Positions 29,916-40,733 of a stretch of 64,000 nt of DNA are shown in pieces. Position 1 is the stretch's first letter. The number at the start of each line of letters is the position of its first letter. The notes under the pieces were generated by a model, which was given only the letters and a program-made list of their open reading frames with translations, was not told where the DNA came from and did not search any database. The translations under genes and the position numbers were made by a program. Source of the stretch: a virus. The stretch covers positions 14,000-77,999 of the IMG/VR virus record IMGVR_UViG_3300042465_004012; one strand, written 5' to 3'.

Positions 29916-30350
29916 ATGGCAAAGAAACAAGTAAAAAAAGTATGTATCTCTTGTAAAAAAAATAAAGTACAGAAACACTTTAGAAAACAAAGAGGTGCAT
30001 GTCGAGCATGTGAAGCATATGCTACGAGACTTAGACGATACGATAACCCAATTCGTTCTCTACTCACAGGCGCAAGAACTAGATCAAAGCGTAAAAATAT
30101 AAAATTTGATATTGAGGAATCTGATATTGTTATTCCAGAGGTATGTCCTGTTTTAGGGATACCGCTTATTCTTTTTGGTCCACCTAATTCACCACATCTA
30201 CCGTCTATAGATCGAATTGATAATACTAAAGGCTACGAGAAAAACAATATTGCTATTATTTCTTTTAAAGCTAATACTTTAAAATCTAATGCTAGTTTAA
30301 ACGAATTAAAACAATTAGTCAAATATTGCGAAGATCACACAAACAAATAA
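29916..30350 (+). CDS. HNH-type (His-Me finger) endonuclease
   Basis: CxxC..CxxC, IPEVCPVLG, SIDRIDN.KGY..NI..IS.KAN.LK. Confidence 0.75.
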   Translation: MAKKQVKKVCISCKKNKVQKHFRKQRGACRACEAYATRLRRYDNPIRSLLTGARTRSKRKNIKFDIEESDIVIPEVCPVLGIPLILFGPPNSPHLPSIDRIDNTKGYEKNNIAIISFKANTLKSNASLNELKQLVKYCEDHTNK

Positions 30351-30373
30351 ATTAACATCCTATAAATAATAGG

Positions 30374-30934
30374 ATGTTTCATACAATTGTTGGTATAGAT
30401 TATTCAATGAACTCTCCATGTATCTGTATGTTTGATACAAGGAGAACATTCTGTTTTGAAAATTGTCAGTTTTATTTTTTAACAGATGTTAAAAAGTATG
30501 CGAATACATTTTTAAATAATATTCATGGTGAACCTTTTTGTGACTATAATTGTGACACAGAAAGATTTGATACGATATCATCATGGGCTTTAAATCTCTG
30601 CATAGGTGCAGCTGAAGTTTCCTTAGAAGGTTATGCGTATAACTCAACAGGACGAATTTTTAATCTAGCAGAAAATGTTGGTATACTAAAACACAAACTA
30701 TACAAGAATGCTATTCCTCTTAGCGTTATAGAACCAAGCCGGGTGAAGAAAATCGCAACCGGTAAAGGTAATGCAGACAAACAAATGATGTTTGATTGTT
30801 TTGAAGCAGAAACTAGAGTTGATCTGAAATCTGTATTGTCACAAAAAACACTATCTAATCCTGTTACGGATATTATAGATAGTTTTTATATTGCCAAAAT
30901 TTTGGCATCAACCAAACTCAATCAAGAATCTTGA
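30374..30934 (+). CDS. RuvC-like Holliday junction resolvase
   Basis: GIDYS, LEGYAY, LAENVG.LK, KK.ATGKGNADK, D..DS; TATAAATA 30361-30368. Confidence 0.85.
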   Translation: MFHTIVGIDYSMNSPCICMFDTRRTFCFENCQFYFLTDVKKYANTFLNNIHGEPFCDYNCDTERFDTISSWALNLCIGAAEVSLEGYAYNSTGRIFNLAENVGILKHKLYKNAIPLSVIEPSRVKKIATGKGNADKQMMFDCFEAETRVDLKSVLSQKTLSNPVTDIIDSFYIAKILASTKLNQES

Positions 30935-31301
30935 CTGTGAATGATTCGACTAAAGGTGCTGGTAGGGATTTCTGAATCTCATAGTTTCCCCAATTCTCCT
31001 TCAATACTCCATCTTTTACCAGTTTGGCAAGTGTTGCATCTAGCGTTTTGTCTTTATTGCTAAATGATATGTGTTTTTTGCCATTATCTAATGCTAGTTT
31101 GATTGCCATAGCAACGCTTTCCCCATAGGGATAATCGTCAAACTTTTTATTTTTAACATCTGGTAGGATATAGTGAAGAAATCCAGCTATGTCTGCTTTT
31201 GGAACGATAGCAGAATGTCTCATAGCACATGATGGAGATCCCATGTTATAAACACTGTGATCTTCCATAACATATTTTTCTATAATAAATCTGCTTCTCA
31301 T
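30918..31301 (-). CDS. Hypothetical protein
   Basis: CATAAATA late-type promoter 8 nt upstream. Confidence 0.6.
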   Translation of the reverse strand: MRSRFIIEKYVMEDHSVYNMGSPSCAMRHSAIVPKADIAGFLHYILPDVKNKKFDDYPYGESVAMAIKLALDNGKKHISFSNKDKTLDATLAKLVKDGVLKENWGNYEIQKSLPAPLVESFTVKILD

Positions 31302-31322
31302 TGCGTAAATATTTATGTTTTA

Positions 31323-31610
31323 TTAATTACCCCTACGCTCACTAGCCGCATCTAGATTGCGTCTAAAGCGTTTGGGCATTCCAGGCTTCATCTTAGCCAT
31401 TAATTCGTTCCAAGCTCCCCCAGTGGCTTTATTGGCACTTATAGTTGAATCTACAGCCATAGCCACACTCTCACCAACATAGTTTCTTACTATTTTCTTC
31501 TTCTTGCATTTAGGACAAGGATTACTCAATGGAACTGTATTATCTTTCATAGATAATGTTTCCTCAAAGGTATGTTTACAGGATTCACAGACAAAAGCAT
31601 AGATTGGCAT
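31323..31610 (-). CDS. FmdB-family zinc ribbon protein
   Basis: MPIY.F.CESC.H.FE...CPKC. Confidence 0.85.
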   Translation of the reverse strand: MPIYAFVCESCKHTFEETLSMKDNTVPLSNPCPKCKKKKIVRNYVGESVAMAVDSTISANKATGGAWNELMAKMKPGMPKRFRRNLDAASERRGN

Positions 31611-32104
31611 TAGTTGGTTCTCATAAAAAATTTGATAGCATCTTCAAATATAAAATTACGTTTAGGTTCTTTAGGTGTAGTTTCCAAAATCATATTTGCT
31701 TCTTTTGGTAACTTACTACCTTTATAAAGATTGCATTCGCGGCAACATGCTACCATATTCACCCAAGTACTTCCTCCACCTTTGTGGCGTGGAATGATAT
31801 GATCTACAGTAGCAGATTTATCTGTTAATTCAATATGGCAGTATTGACATACATATTTATCACGTTTAAGAATATTCTTTTTACTTGGAAAACATTTTTT
31901 ATTTGGTGTTTTCACATAGTACTTTAAAATTAAAATTCTTGGGATTTTTATTGTTTCTCTTGAAGAAACAAATTTTAAGATTGATGTATGATTTTCTTCA
32001 TAATATACTTTGTTCTTTCTCATCAAAGACAAAGCTCTGCGCATCGAAATAATATTCAATGGGGATTGATCGTAATTCAGAAGAAGTACGGAAGTTTCAA
32101 GCAT
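31610..32104 (-). CDS. HNH endonuclease (McrA-like)
   Basis: VLLLN, RD.Y.CQYC, TVDHIIP..KGG..W.N.V.CC..CN..KG. Confidence 0.88.
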   Translation of the reverse strand: MLETSVLLLNYDQSPLNIISMRRALSLMRKNKVYYEENHTSILKFVSSRETIKIPRILILKYYVKTPNKKCFPSKKNILKRDKYVCQYCHIELTDKSATVDHIIPRHKGGGSTWVNMVACCRECNLYKGSKLPKEANMILETTPKEPKRNFIFEDAIKFFMRTN

Positions 32105-32249
32105 CTTGGTTGTCAATGGCAAAAAACATGACACTATGCTTTTCTTGTGTTTGACAACAATATTTTTTATGTTTATACCCATAACTACCTAAAATATGTT
32201 CACTGACTGGGTTTGAGCTAATCCACGGTACTTTGGGGGAATTGATCAT
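32097..32249 (-). CDS. 50-aa hypothetical protein (not in ORF track)
   Basis: ATG 7 nt after TATAAATA (32257-32264, -); stop overlaps the HNH start (ATGCTTGA). Confidence 0.5.
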   Translation of the reverse strand: MINSPKVPWISSNPVSEHILGSYGYKHKKYCCQTQEKHSVMFFAIDNQDA

Positions 32250-32256
32250 TCATTAT

Positions 32257-32276
32257 TATTTATAGAATCCTAAATA
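32257..32276. promoter_or_regulatory. Back-to-back late promoters
   Basis: TATAAATA (-) 32257-32264 and CCTAAATA (+) 32269-32276. Confidence 0.7.
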
Positions 32277-32284
32277 ATTTAAGT

Positions 32285-32494
32285 ATGAATCCTGTCATTT
32301 TAGCCCATTTGAATAATCTATGTCTTAAAGCTACCCAAAATACAGCAGGTACCAATACCTACTATAAACCCGTTTCTCCCTTTTGTACCAACAAAGTACA
32401 GAAAATAAACGAAGAAACTACTCTAAACACCTCTGAATCATTCCCGGAATCAATATTTAAAATTTATGAAAAATTTCAACCAACTCGTAAATGA
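32285..32494 (+). CDS. Hypothetical late protein
   Basis: Follows late promoter; INEE motif. Confidence 0.5.
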   Translation: MNPVILAHLNNLCLKATQNTAGTNTYYKPVSPFCTNKVQKINEETTLNTSESFPESIFKIYEKFQPTRK

Positions 32495-35444
32495 ATCCTC
32501 TGGCTTAAAGCTAACAAGAGATTATAGCAGGTTTTTGTTGGAACAACAAGCTTTTGTTGCTCAGAAAACATGTGCTATACTTTTTGGTGAAGAAACCGAT
32601 TATGATGGCTCCGATGATACATCGAATGATCCTCCATTTAATTCACATCTAAGTGGACAGTTCTATGCCCATATTAATGTAGATGGTGCTAGAAAAGTTC
32701 GTGTCTTTAATAGTGCGCAAGAAGCTGCATTGGCAATTCAAAAATATCCTGGTTCTATGATTTATAATTTTAAGGGAGATGAAGTCGATCCGAACCAAGT
32801 TACAGAATCTGTTGAAAGATTTAATATTTTTGAGGATGAGGCATCTGATTTTACACAACGAGAATTAAAGAAAAGATCACCAGAAGCTGAAGGTGGAATC
32901 TTGGATTCTATTGCAAATGCATGGAGAGCAAAAGATAAAGGTGCAGCCGTTGCTATGGCAAACAATAATAGTTTCATAGCTCGTAATTTACAGAATCTAC
33001 AAAATGCCTTAACAGGAGCTGGAGTCTTTGGTGCAGATCGTACACCAGAACAAACCATGCAACAAAGAGATGCTGAAGTTAAAAAATTACGTGATAAATT
33101 AGATGCATATGAAATGGAACAACGCGGTAAAGGATTTAGAAAAGTAGAAGATATTCCATTATCAGATGAAGAGACAAAAGATGTTCAAACTTTTATAAAA
33201 CAAAGACAAGAGCAACAAGATCGCGTGGGTCCAATGATGCCCGGTGTAGCAGAACGGGTTAGTGGATTACCAAGAGAACAGCTCAAAGCATATAAAGATT
33301 TTTATAAAACTGCAACAGAATATCAAGGAAAATCTTTACAGGATTATTATAACCAGAATCCAGACAAATATTCTGCACATGAACCATATATGGATACCAA
33401 AACAGCTATAGCATTAAAACCTATATCTAGAAGTGAAGATGAGGGATCAGCTATGCCCGGTCGGCTAAAGGGCACATCATTTGATTCTGCTGCTAAAGTT
33501 GTTGCAGGGTTACCAGAAACTGCAGCTATGGTTGCTGCTGGCATTGTTGCCCCAGAACTAGTTGGTGCTTTAGTTGGTGGAGCAGGAAGAATCGTTCCAG
33601 CCATAGCCAGAGTATCATCTGGTGCCGCAGCAAAAGCCGCAACAGCACAGGCTATTAATACAGCAGTAGGTATTGCGGGAGTAGATAAATTAGCAAACGC
33701 AAAAGATGTAGTTCAAGGTGCAGAAGGTGCCGTGATGGCTGCTGCTATTGCTGATCCACTTTTTAAATCAACATCACCAAACCCAGCAGCACATAAAAAT
33801 GCTATAGATTTATGGAATGCAAAATTAAAAGCTGAACTCACTCGCACTCTTGCTGGACAAAAAGGTGCATATGAAACAAGTGCAATGATTCGTAGAGAAG
33901 TACCAACTGGAGCAAAAGAAGGCGGAAAACGTACTGGCCCAAGGGGAGAATATCCAAAAGTAGCTGAGACACAACCAACAACTGAGTGGCCAGGTGTCAG
34001 TACAAACCCAAGAACTATTGAAACCGGTGGTAAAGCTTCTGAAACCGCTGGGCAAGTCGCTAATGAAGAAATTCCATTGTTGTTAAGAAATTTAGAAACA
34101 AGAGCATGGCGTGATTATGAAACATTTGATCCAGCAGTTGTCCGTCAGGCTGCTAGAGATAGAGTAGCAGGTAGATTAGGGAGTGGGCAACCTGAAGTTT
34201 CTGGAACACGCCCTAGTGTCCCAAGTGAAAATCCACCAGCTGCTAGAGAAACAGTACCATTTAGAGTAACTGATACAGGTACATACAAAGAGCGAGAAAA
34301 AGAACGTACCAAAGCAGAAAATAAAGAAAAAGAAAGAATCGAAACAGAAATGCGAAAGGGGCGAGTTAATCCTGAACAGACTTCTTCTCGTCCAAGTTTT
34401 GCTGATACAGTAGATGCACTAACAGGAACAATCCAAAAAGCTGGAACAGAGTTGGTAAATTGGATGAAACCAAAACCAGGAACTTCTGTTCAACGCCGAG
34501 CATTAACACCTTCTTCTGAACGAGCACTATATCCAAAAAGAACAGCCAGTGAAGTTTTAGCTGACACAAAGTATGCAACTGAAAAACCACTTGGTGTATT
34601 ACGGCAAGCAGCAAAAGATATCTCTACTGGAGTGAAAGAAAGAGGAGCAGCAGAAACTGCAGCACAAGTAGCTGCTGTAGCTCCACAAGTTGTATCCACG
34701 GTTATTCCGGACATGCCAACACCACCTGCTATTCGAGCCCCCGCACCTGATGTTTGGAAACCAACACGTAATATGGATCTAATGGTTTCGGAACCAGCTA
34801 AAGCACCTAGATCAAACGCAAACACCGAACCAGTTAGTGTTACACCCAAAGGAGAAGTAATTAAAGTTACTCCAACTCCAGAACCTGTTGATCGTAAGTC
34901 TATTGATTCTTTTGTAAAGTCTTTACTTCCTTCAGCAGCTAATAGAACGGCATCAACACAACCAACTACTAACGTACCACCACCAACAGCATCGCCTTCA
35001 ACACCAAGCGATACACCCACAACTACGGTACCATCTACTGTAACTGATACAACGACAGCACCAACAACAGTTCCATCACCAGCAACCTCAACAACAACAG
35101 CACCATCTACATCAACAGCACCTGTAACTGCGCCAACAGTTGCTCCAACTATTGCTCCAACAGTAACTCCAGAAGTAGCTCCTGTAACTAATCCAATAGT
35201 GAATAATATTGTTCAAACTCTCATAGCAGCAGCAGCTATCGGAGGTGGTTCTAAATTACTTCCTGGCAAGAAGGGTGGCGGTGGAGGCGGTGGAGGTGGC
35301 GGTGCAGGTGGGCGTATCGGTAGTGACCCAGCAGAACGCGAAGAACTTAAACGCCAAAAGCAAGAAACGGATGCTCAAGCAAAAAATTGGGATCTTATGA
35401 TGAAAAATATTTGGGGAAAGAATGTAGAAACCTTGACTAAATAA
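32466..35444 (+). CDS. Large low-complexity putative internal head protein
   Basis: MKNFNQLVNE-S N-terminus resembles T4 capsid-targeting sequence; Pro/Thr-rich tail, Gly run. Confidence 0.6.
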   Translation: MKNFNQLVNESSGLKLTRDYSRFLLEQQAFVAQKTCAILFGEETDYDGSDDTSNDPPFNSHLSGQFYAHINVDGARKVRVFNSAQEAALAIQKYPGSMIYNFKGDEVDPNQVTESVERFNIFEDEASDFTQRELKKRSPEAEGGILDSIANAWRAKDKGAAVAMANNNSFIARNLQNLQNALTGAGVFGADRTPEQTMQQRDAEVKKLRDKLDAYEMEQRGKGFRKVEDIPLSDEETKDVQTFIKQRQEQQDRVGPMMPGVAERVSGLPREQLKAYKDFYKTATEYQGKSLQDYYNQNPDKYSAHEPYMDTKTAIALKPISRSEDEGSAMPGRLKGTSFDSAAKVVAGLPETAAMVAAGIVAPELVGALVGGAGRIVPAIARVSSGAAAKAATAQAINTAVGIAGVDKLANAKDVVQGAEGAVMAAAIADPLFKSTSPNPAAHKNAIDLWNAKLKAELTRTLAGQKGAYETSAMIRREVPTGAKEGGKRTGPRGEYPKVAETQPTTEWPGVSTNPRTIETGGKASETAGQVANEEIPLLLRNLETRAWRDYETFDPAVVRQAARDRVAGRLGSGQPEVSGTRPSVPSENPPAARETVPFRVTDTGTYKEREKERTKAENKEKERIETEMRKGRVNPEQTSSRPSFADTVDALTGTIQKAGTELVNWMKPKPGTSVQRRALTPSSERALYPKRTASEVLADTKYATEKPLGVLRQAAKDISTGVKERGAAETAAQVAAVAPQVVSTVIPDMPTPPAIRAPAPDVWKPTRNMDLMVSEPAKAPRSNANTEPVSVTPKGEVIKVTPTPEPVDRKSIDSFVKSLLPSAANRTASTQPTTNVPPPTASPSTPSDTPTTTVPSTVTDTTTAPTTVPSPATSTTTAPSTSTAPVTAPTVAPTIAPTVTPEVAPVTNPIVNNIVQTLIAAAAIGGGSKLLPGKKGGGGGGGGGGAGGRIGSDPAEREELKRQKQETDAQAKNWDLMMKNIWGKNVETLTK

Positions 35445-35484
35445 GTTGTAATGTTACATGTGTTTTGCTATAATAGAGATACAA

Positions 35485-36159
35485 GTGTTACCTGTTAAAA
35501 AATTTATACATAATCGTTTAGATATTAATGGTAGTCTTCAGGAAGAAACAACTCGAACTGGTCGCTCTTATAGCACACCAGAAGGAGTATTTCCATCTGT
35601 GACTACTGTTGTTGGTTTTGAAAAACAAAAGTTTTTTGCTAAATGGCGAGCAAATAATGCAACTGAAAGTGTGCGTGTAACTACACGAGGAACAGATTTT
35701 CATGGTATTATTGAAGACTACATGAATAATAAAGAGATTGACTTTGATAAAATGATGCCAAATATGGTAGACATTTTTATTAAAATTCAACCTTTGTTAC
35801 ACAGAATTGATAATATAAGATTGCTTGAAGCTCCTCTCTGGTCATCTTTACTCGGTTTAGCCGGAAGAACAGATTGTATTGCTGATTTTGATGGTGAGTT
35901 ATCTATTATCGATTTTAAAGCAAGTACCAAAACAAAAAGAGCACAAGACATTGAAAATTACTTTCTACAAGCAACAGCCTATGCTATGATGCTACAAGAA
36001 AGAACCTCAATTAAAGTAAATAAATTTTCTATTTTAATTGCCTGTGAAAATGGGAGTAGTCAAGTCTTTGAAGGCAAACCGATTACTTATGTTAAAAAAT
36101 TAAAAGAAATTATAGATCGATATAAGGAACATCAATATGTACAGAACCAGAATAGTTGA
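35485..36159 (+). CDS. PD-(D/E)XK exonuclease
   Basis: PSVTT, RGT.FH, AGRTDC, IIDFK, YFLQ..AYA; TTGTAA-17-TATAAT upstream. Confidence 0.88.
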   Translation: MLPVKKFIHNRLDINGSLQEETTRTGRSYSTPEGVFPSVTTVVGFEKQKFFAKWRANNATESVRVTTRGTDFHGIIEDYMNNKEIDFDKMMPNMVDIFIKIQPLLHRIDNIRLLEAPLWSSLLGLAGRTDCIADFDGELSIIDFKASTKTKRAQDIENYFLQATAYAMMLQERTSIKVNKFSILIACENGSSQVFEGKPITYVKKLKEIIDRYKEHQYVQNQNS

Positions 36160-36769
36160 GATAGAAGAACGGGTAAACAAAAAGAATACCAAACTTTGGT
36201 TCATGATGAATGAAAATTCTCGTGCACCATTACACAGACAACAATTCGTTGCTGAAAATGGTGGACTATTCTACCAAAATGACAGAGGCGATTGGATGTG
36301 GAAAAATGATTTTATAGTCAAGAATGGTTACTGGCTACGTAAACGTGAAACTGGTAAAGAAGTCTTTTTTGAAAATATGAGTGAATTTTGCCGATTGCAT
36401 GACTTGTCTATAGTGAAGATATGTGAGGTCATGAATGGCAAACGTAAGAGTTATAAGGACTGGGAAGCAGTAGAAGTTCGTCCTGTAAAAGACGGTCCTG
36501 GGGGCAAAAAGAACGTCGGAGAAAATCCAGAAAACCGCCCTAAATTCGAAACAGTTACACAAACGGCGATCTTTAAAAACTGGAAAACCAATGAAATTGT
36601 ATTGGTAACTAACATTCCCCAGTTTGCTGCTAAAATCAATGGTCAAGAGAAAGAACTCTACCAAGTAGCCAGAGGACAGAAAAAATTCTATAAAGAATGG
36701 ACATTGGCTACCTCAACTACTCCACCTACATGTATGCTTCCCAAAAAAGCTCCCAAGAAGGAATCCTAA
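36137..36769 (+). CDS. Protein with two homing-endonuclease-type DNA-binding repeats
   Basis: NMSEFCR.H.L...V.NGKRKSYK.W and NIPQFA...VARG.KK.YK.W. Confidence 0.6.
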   Translation: MYRTRIVEIEERVNKKNTKLWFMMNENSRAPLHRQQFVAENGGLFYQNDRGDWMWKNDFIVKNGYWLRKRETGKEVFFENMSEFCRLHDLSIVKICEVMNGKRKSYKDWEAVEVRPVKDGPGGKKNVGENPENRPKFETVTQTAIFKNWKTNEIVLVTNIPQFAAKINGQEKELYQVARGQKKFYKEWTLATSTTPPTCMLPKKAPKKES

Positions 36770-36781
36770 ATATTATGACAA

Positions 36782-39151
36782 ATGGATTTCAAACATAAAT
36801 TATTAAAATACATCGCTGAAGCCACTGGACCTGCTACTCCTAAAACAGGACAGAGCATTCGCAAAGAAACTAAAATGAGTGGCTCTGGAACTAGTAGAGC
36901 CCGTGATGCTGCACGTAAAAGAGCTGAACGGCAGAATGCACCAAAAAAGGAACAACTTCCTTCTGCTGAATTAATTAAGCAGATTGTTGCTGTAAAAACC
37001 ACTGATGGTAAAACAGAACTAATTTATAAAGATTCATTTAATAATAGTTACCATGAAGTTCTGAATCCAGAAAAAGATTTATCAATAGAAGATGCCAAGG
37101 GACTTACTAAAGATCCGGCATTCACCCAAACACAAGCCTCACAACAATTATTTGGTGACCTTACTAAAAAGGCAGAATCCAAAGAAAGAAAACGTGCAGC
37201 AGCCGAAACTGGTGGTAAATCTGAAGGCGAAGAGGATGCTGAAGATTTAGGTCCAGAAGTAGAGAAGAAAAAATTCATTAAACCCAAGAAAATGGGTATG
37301 CAAGACTTGTTAGCAAGTATGGCTACCATGGATGGTACTCAACTTGGCTCAATTCCATTTGATTTGCGACAAGAATATTTTATGCAGAATCGTGATCCGA
37401 TGGCAGCAAAGGATTTTGATGCATTAACCTATGAGACTGTTGCAACAAAATTTGGTATCAGTGAAGTTGATATTCCATATAATGAGCAAGTTAAAAATGC
37501 TCTTATTATGGTTGCTCGCTTGAAAGCTGGAGCATCAGATTCCGAATTAACCTTTGTAACGAATCTTAAGGGTGGATCGTTCACTCAATTTGGTAGAGAA
37601 GCATTTGAACAAGCAAAGAAAATTCTTTCTCAGGTTGGTGATGAATGCATTCAAATGATGGTATCTGCGTCAGAAGCTGGTCTTGCTGGTATTTCTGCTG
37701 AAGGTAAAACAGATTTCAAATGCGGTAATGTTAAATTTGCGGTGAATTCACAGGGTGAAATTTCTTTGTCCAGTGGTGATATGACACAACTAGGAAAAGG
37801 AATAAAGAAAACCATTCAGCGCAGTATCATCCAAACTATGCAAGACCCAAGTCTTGCAGGGAAAGATCCAATTTATAATACTGCCATCAATCAAGTCAAT
37901 GATATTATGGCTAGTACTGGAACAGGATTGATGAGCGATGAGTCATTTGCCCAAGCAATTAAAGATCCATCTGTTCTTGCATTTATGCAGTCAGAGCCAG
38001 TTATCAGCCCTACTGGTGAAAATCTTGGACCGATGGCTTTCCCAACCGGAGAAATCAATCCTGCTATTTCCTTCAAGCAATTTGAAGATAATATGACACG
38101 AACTGTTGACAAATTCATCGCACAAGAAAAGAGCAAGAAAGCACCTTTCATGCAATCTTTGATTCGCAATACAGTTGCTAATCATTTCCGTGGTGATGGT
38201 GCAGTTGATCCAGAATCAGCTCCTTCACATTTGGTTACGAATAATGGAATCTTTCCTATGAGTGATGATTACTTTGCAAAGATTGCTGCAAATAGTGATA
38301 TTACCATAGAGAAAACTAATAAATCATATTTTAATAAATCAAGTGAAATCAATAAGTATAGTGTTGTAGTTGAACAGGCTGAAATATTAGATCCTTATCA
38401 ACAGATTCGGGACATGATTTCTGGTATGTTAGTTCCTACTGGAAATTCACCGATTGAAGTATTATCTAATACTTTAAACAAGAATTATAACTTTGATATG
38501 AACGTAAGTTTGTTACCTGGTATCAAACCAAATGAAATTCATGGCGTAGAATACAATCTTTTAAGTGTTCACGGTAAACGATACAAAATTCCTGTACTAA
38601 GAGATCAGGAACTGGTTGCAGCTAGCTTCGAAGAAAGCTATGTTGCAGCTAATAGCATTTTGCTTGAGAGTTTAACAAATGATGATGTTATTCGTGCTTT
38701 ATATGAAACTAACCTAATCACTTATGATGACGCAGAATGTATTGTATATTCTCGTTATAATGATATGACAGTAGCGCAACCTGTTTTAATTCCTATTTTA
38801 CAAAGACTTGCTGAAAGTATTCATAGAGATCCGTCTCTTATTCAAATTTGTAAAACCAATTTGATTGAAGCAAAAGAACGTGATAGAGATTATAAGCGCG
38901 AATATAAACTGTTTCACAGTAAACCATCACAGATTAAAAACCGAACTGCCCGGACAACTGCTCGCAGAAGAGCAATCAAAAAAGGTAAAGTTCGTATCGG
39001 TGATAACAAAGATATAGATCACAAGAAGCCATTGCGTAATGGTGGAAGCAATAAAGAGAGCAATCTACGTGTTAGAGATCGAAGCGCAAATCGATCCGAT
39101 AATGGTAAATATAAAGGACAGGCTCCAGATAAGCCACGCACAGACAAATGA
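36782..39151 (+). CDS. Putative head-packaged protein with C-terminal HNH domain
   Basis: N-terminus ..KYIAE-A; RDYKREY...DIDHKKPL..GGSN..NLRV..SANRS after LIE-A. Confidence 0.65.
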   Translation: MDFKHKLLKYIAEATGPATPKTGQSIRKETKMSGSGTSRARDAARKRAERQNAPKKEQLPSAELIKQIVAVKTTDGKTELIYKDSFNNSYHEVLNPEKDLSIEDAKGLTKDPAFTQTQASQQLFGDLTKKAESKERKRAAAETGGKSEGEEDAEDLGPEVEKKKFIKPKKMGMQDLLASMATMDGTQLGSIPFDLRQEYFMQNRDPMAAKDFDALTYETVATKFGISEVDIPYNEQVKNALIMVARLKAGASDSELTFVTNLKGGSFTQFGREAFEQAKKILSQVGDECIQMMVSASEAGLAGISAEGKTDFKCGNVKFAVNSQGEISLSSGDMTQLGKGIKKTIQRSIIQTMQDPSLAGKDPIYNTAINQVNDIMASTGTGLMSDESFAQAIKDPSVLAFMQSEPVISPTGENLGPMAFPTGEINPAISFKQFEDNMTRTVDKFIAQEKSKKAPFMQSLIRNTVANHFRGDGAVDPESAPSHLVTNNGIFPMSDDYFAKIAANSDITIEKTNKSYFNKSSEINKYSVVVEQAEILDPYQQIRDMISGMLVPTGNSPIEVLSNTLNKNYNFDMNVSLLPGIKPNEIHGVEYNLLSVHGKRYKIPVLRDQELVAASFEESYVAANSILLESLTNDDVIRALYETNLITYDDAECIVYSRYNDMTVAQPVLIPILQRLAESIHRDPSLIQICKTNLIEAKERDRDYKREYKLFHSKPSQIKNRTARTTARRRAIKKGKVRIGDNKDIDHKKPLRNGGSNKESNLRVRDRSANRSDNGKYKGQAPDKPRTDK

Positions 39152-40179
39152 ATTTTAAACGTGCTTTAAAAGAATTAATTTTAGAGAAAGTCTTTAGTTC
39201 TGTTGATACAAACAAACTCAAAGACCGTTATGACGTAAATGGTAAAAAACTTGGAAAATGTGGCGAAGGAAAACCAGGATCAACATTTAATGTTTGTATC
39301 GACAAACAAAAAGCAGAATCACTTGGTAAAAAAGGTATTGCTAAATTTGTAAAAAGAAAACAATTAGCAACCAAGAAACCAAAGACTGAAAAGAAATCCA
39401 AAGTAGAAGAATCATTTGCACCAGATGTCTTTGTTGTAGAAAATTTTGGTGGAACTAAAATTGGGTATCCAACTGTAACTCCAGCAGATGCAGAAGCATA
39501 TGATATTTTTATTACCAAAAATGGACAGCTCTTTGAAGTAAATGACATCAATGATAATGATGGTATCCTTACAATGGATATCAGATATCACAATGGAATC
39601 AATGAAGGTTATGATGACCGCATTGAAATTAAAATTAATGAAGAATTTGGTTTAGTTGGCGAAGGTAGATCCAATTTTATTAATGAGTATGGTGAGCTAG
39701 AAGAAGCTTCCCAGATGGCTGGTAAAAAAGTTAAACTGAATAAAATTATGCGTGGTGATGTAAAGAAATATAAAGTTTATACTAAGAACGATAAAGGTAA
39801 TGTGGTTAAGGTAAATTTTGGTGACCCAAATATGGAAATTAAACGAGATGATCCTGCACGAAGAAAGAATTTTCGTGCTAGACACAATTGTGATTCTCCA
39901 GGACCAAAATGGAAAGCTAACTATTGGGCATGTAAAACTTGGAGTAACACACCAGTATCAACTATGTTAAAAGAAGATACTGATGTAACACTTACCAAAG
40001 AGTATAAAAATAAAAAAGGTAAATGGAATAAAGTAGCTGAAAACTTTATGAATAGCATATCTACCAATAATTTACTAACTGAGTCGGTAGCCATTAAACA
40101 GATAGAAAATACACTAGATGTTAACAAAATTGGGGTAAATCAGTCAATCGCTTATCTGAAGCAGTTTTTCTGCAAATAA
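39148..40179 (+). CDS. Multi-domain basic putative internal head protein
   Basis: KVKLNK..RGDVKKYKVY..VNFGD..RRKNFRARH.C..YW.C..W domain; multiple I/L-x-E sites. Confidence 0.65.
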   Translation: MNFKRALKELILEKVFSSVDTNKLKDRYDVNGKKLGKCGEGKPGSTFNVCIDKQKAESLGKKGIAKFVKRKQLATKKPKTEKKSKVEESFAPDVFVVENFGGTKIGYPTVTPADAEAYDIFITKNGQLFEVNDINDNDGILTMDIRYHNGINEGYDDRIEIKINEEFGLVGEGRSNFINEYGELEEASQMAGKKVKLNKIMRGDVKKYKVYTKNDKGNVVKVNFGDPNMEIKRDDPARRKNFRARHNCDSPGPKWKANYWACKTWSNTPVSTMLKEDTDVTLTKEYKNKKGKWNKVAENFMNSISTNNLLTESVAIKQIENTLDVNKIGVNQSIAYLKQFFCK

Positions 40180-40195
40180 ATAGAATAGGAATCAA

Positions 40196-40720
40196 ATGAA
40201 ATTTAAAGACCTTCGCAAAAAAATACAAAAACTCGTAGAATACTCAGGTGAAAGCTCAGAAGGCGGAAGCATACAGGGAGGCGATCCACGTGGTGGACGT
40301 GTCTCTGCATTGTCTGACTTCGGTACTCACCGTATTGAGCACGAAGCGATGCTTGACCGCATTAATGCATTCTTACACGCATATAGCGGTAAAGAGTTCC
40401 TGGACCCAGATGGTGCCATTAATATCATCAAAACCAAACTTAACATTATTGGCTTTGATTTTAAACCAATGAAACTCGCCCCTGGAATGAACATTGTAAA
40501 GTTATACCAATATGGTGCTCCTGGTATGGGTGTCTTTGGTGTATCAAAAGATTTAAAGTGGGATGGAACAAAAGATAGTTTCAGTGCCACATCCGGTATC
40601 GATCCAGATTTTGACTACAACCTAGTAATCAACGTCACTAAAACCCCAAGCTATCTTATCAAATTTGATATGAAAGTTGTACGTGGAGGCGAAGAAGTTG
40701 ACTGCGGTTGCGAAAATTAA
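40196..40720 (+). CDS. Putative head-associated protein
   Basis: AATAAATA and AGGA upstream; MKFKDL..LVE-Y. Confidence 0.6.
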   Translation: MKFKDLRKKIQKLVEYSGESSEGGSIQGGDPRGGRVSALSDFGTHRIEHEAMLDRINAFLHAYSGKEFLDPDGAINIIKTKLNIIGFDFKPMKLAPGMNIVKLYQYGAPGMGVFGVSKDLKWDGTKDSFSATSGIDPDFDYNLVINVTKTPSYLIKFDMKVVRGGEEVDCGCEN

Positions 40721-40733
40721 AGTAAAAATCAAA

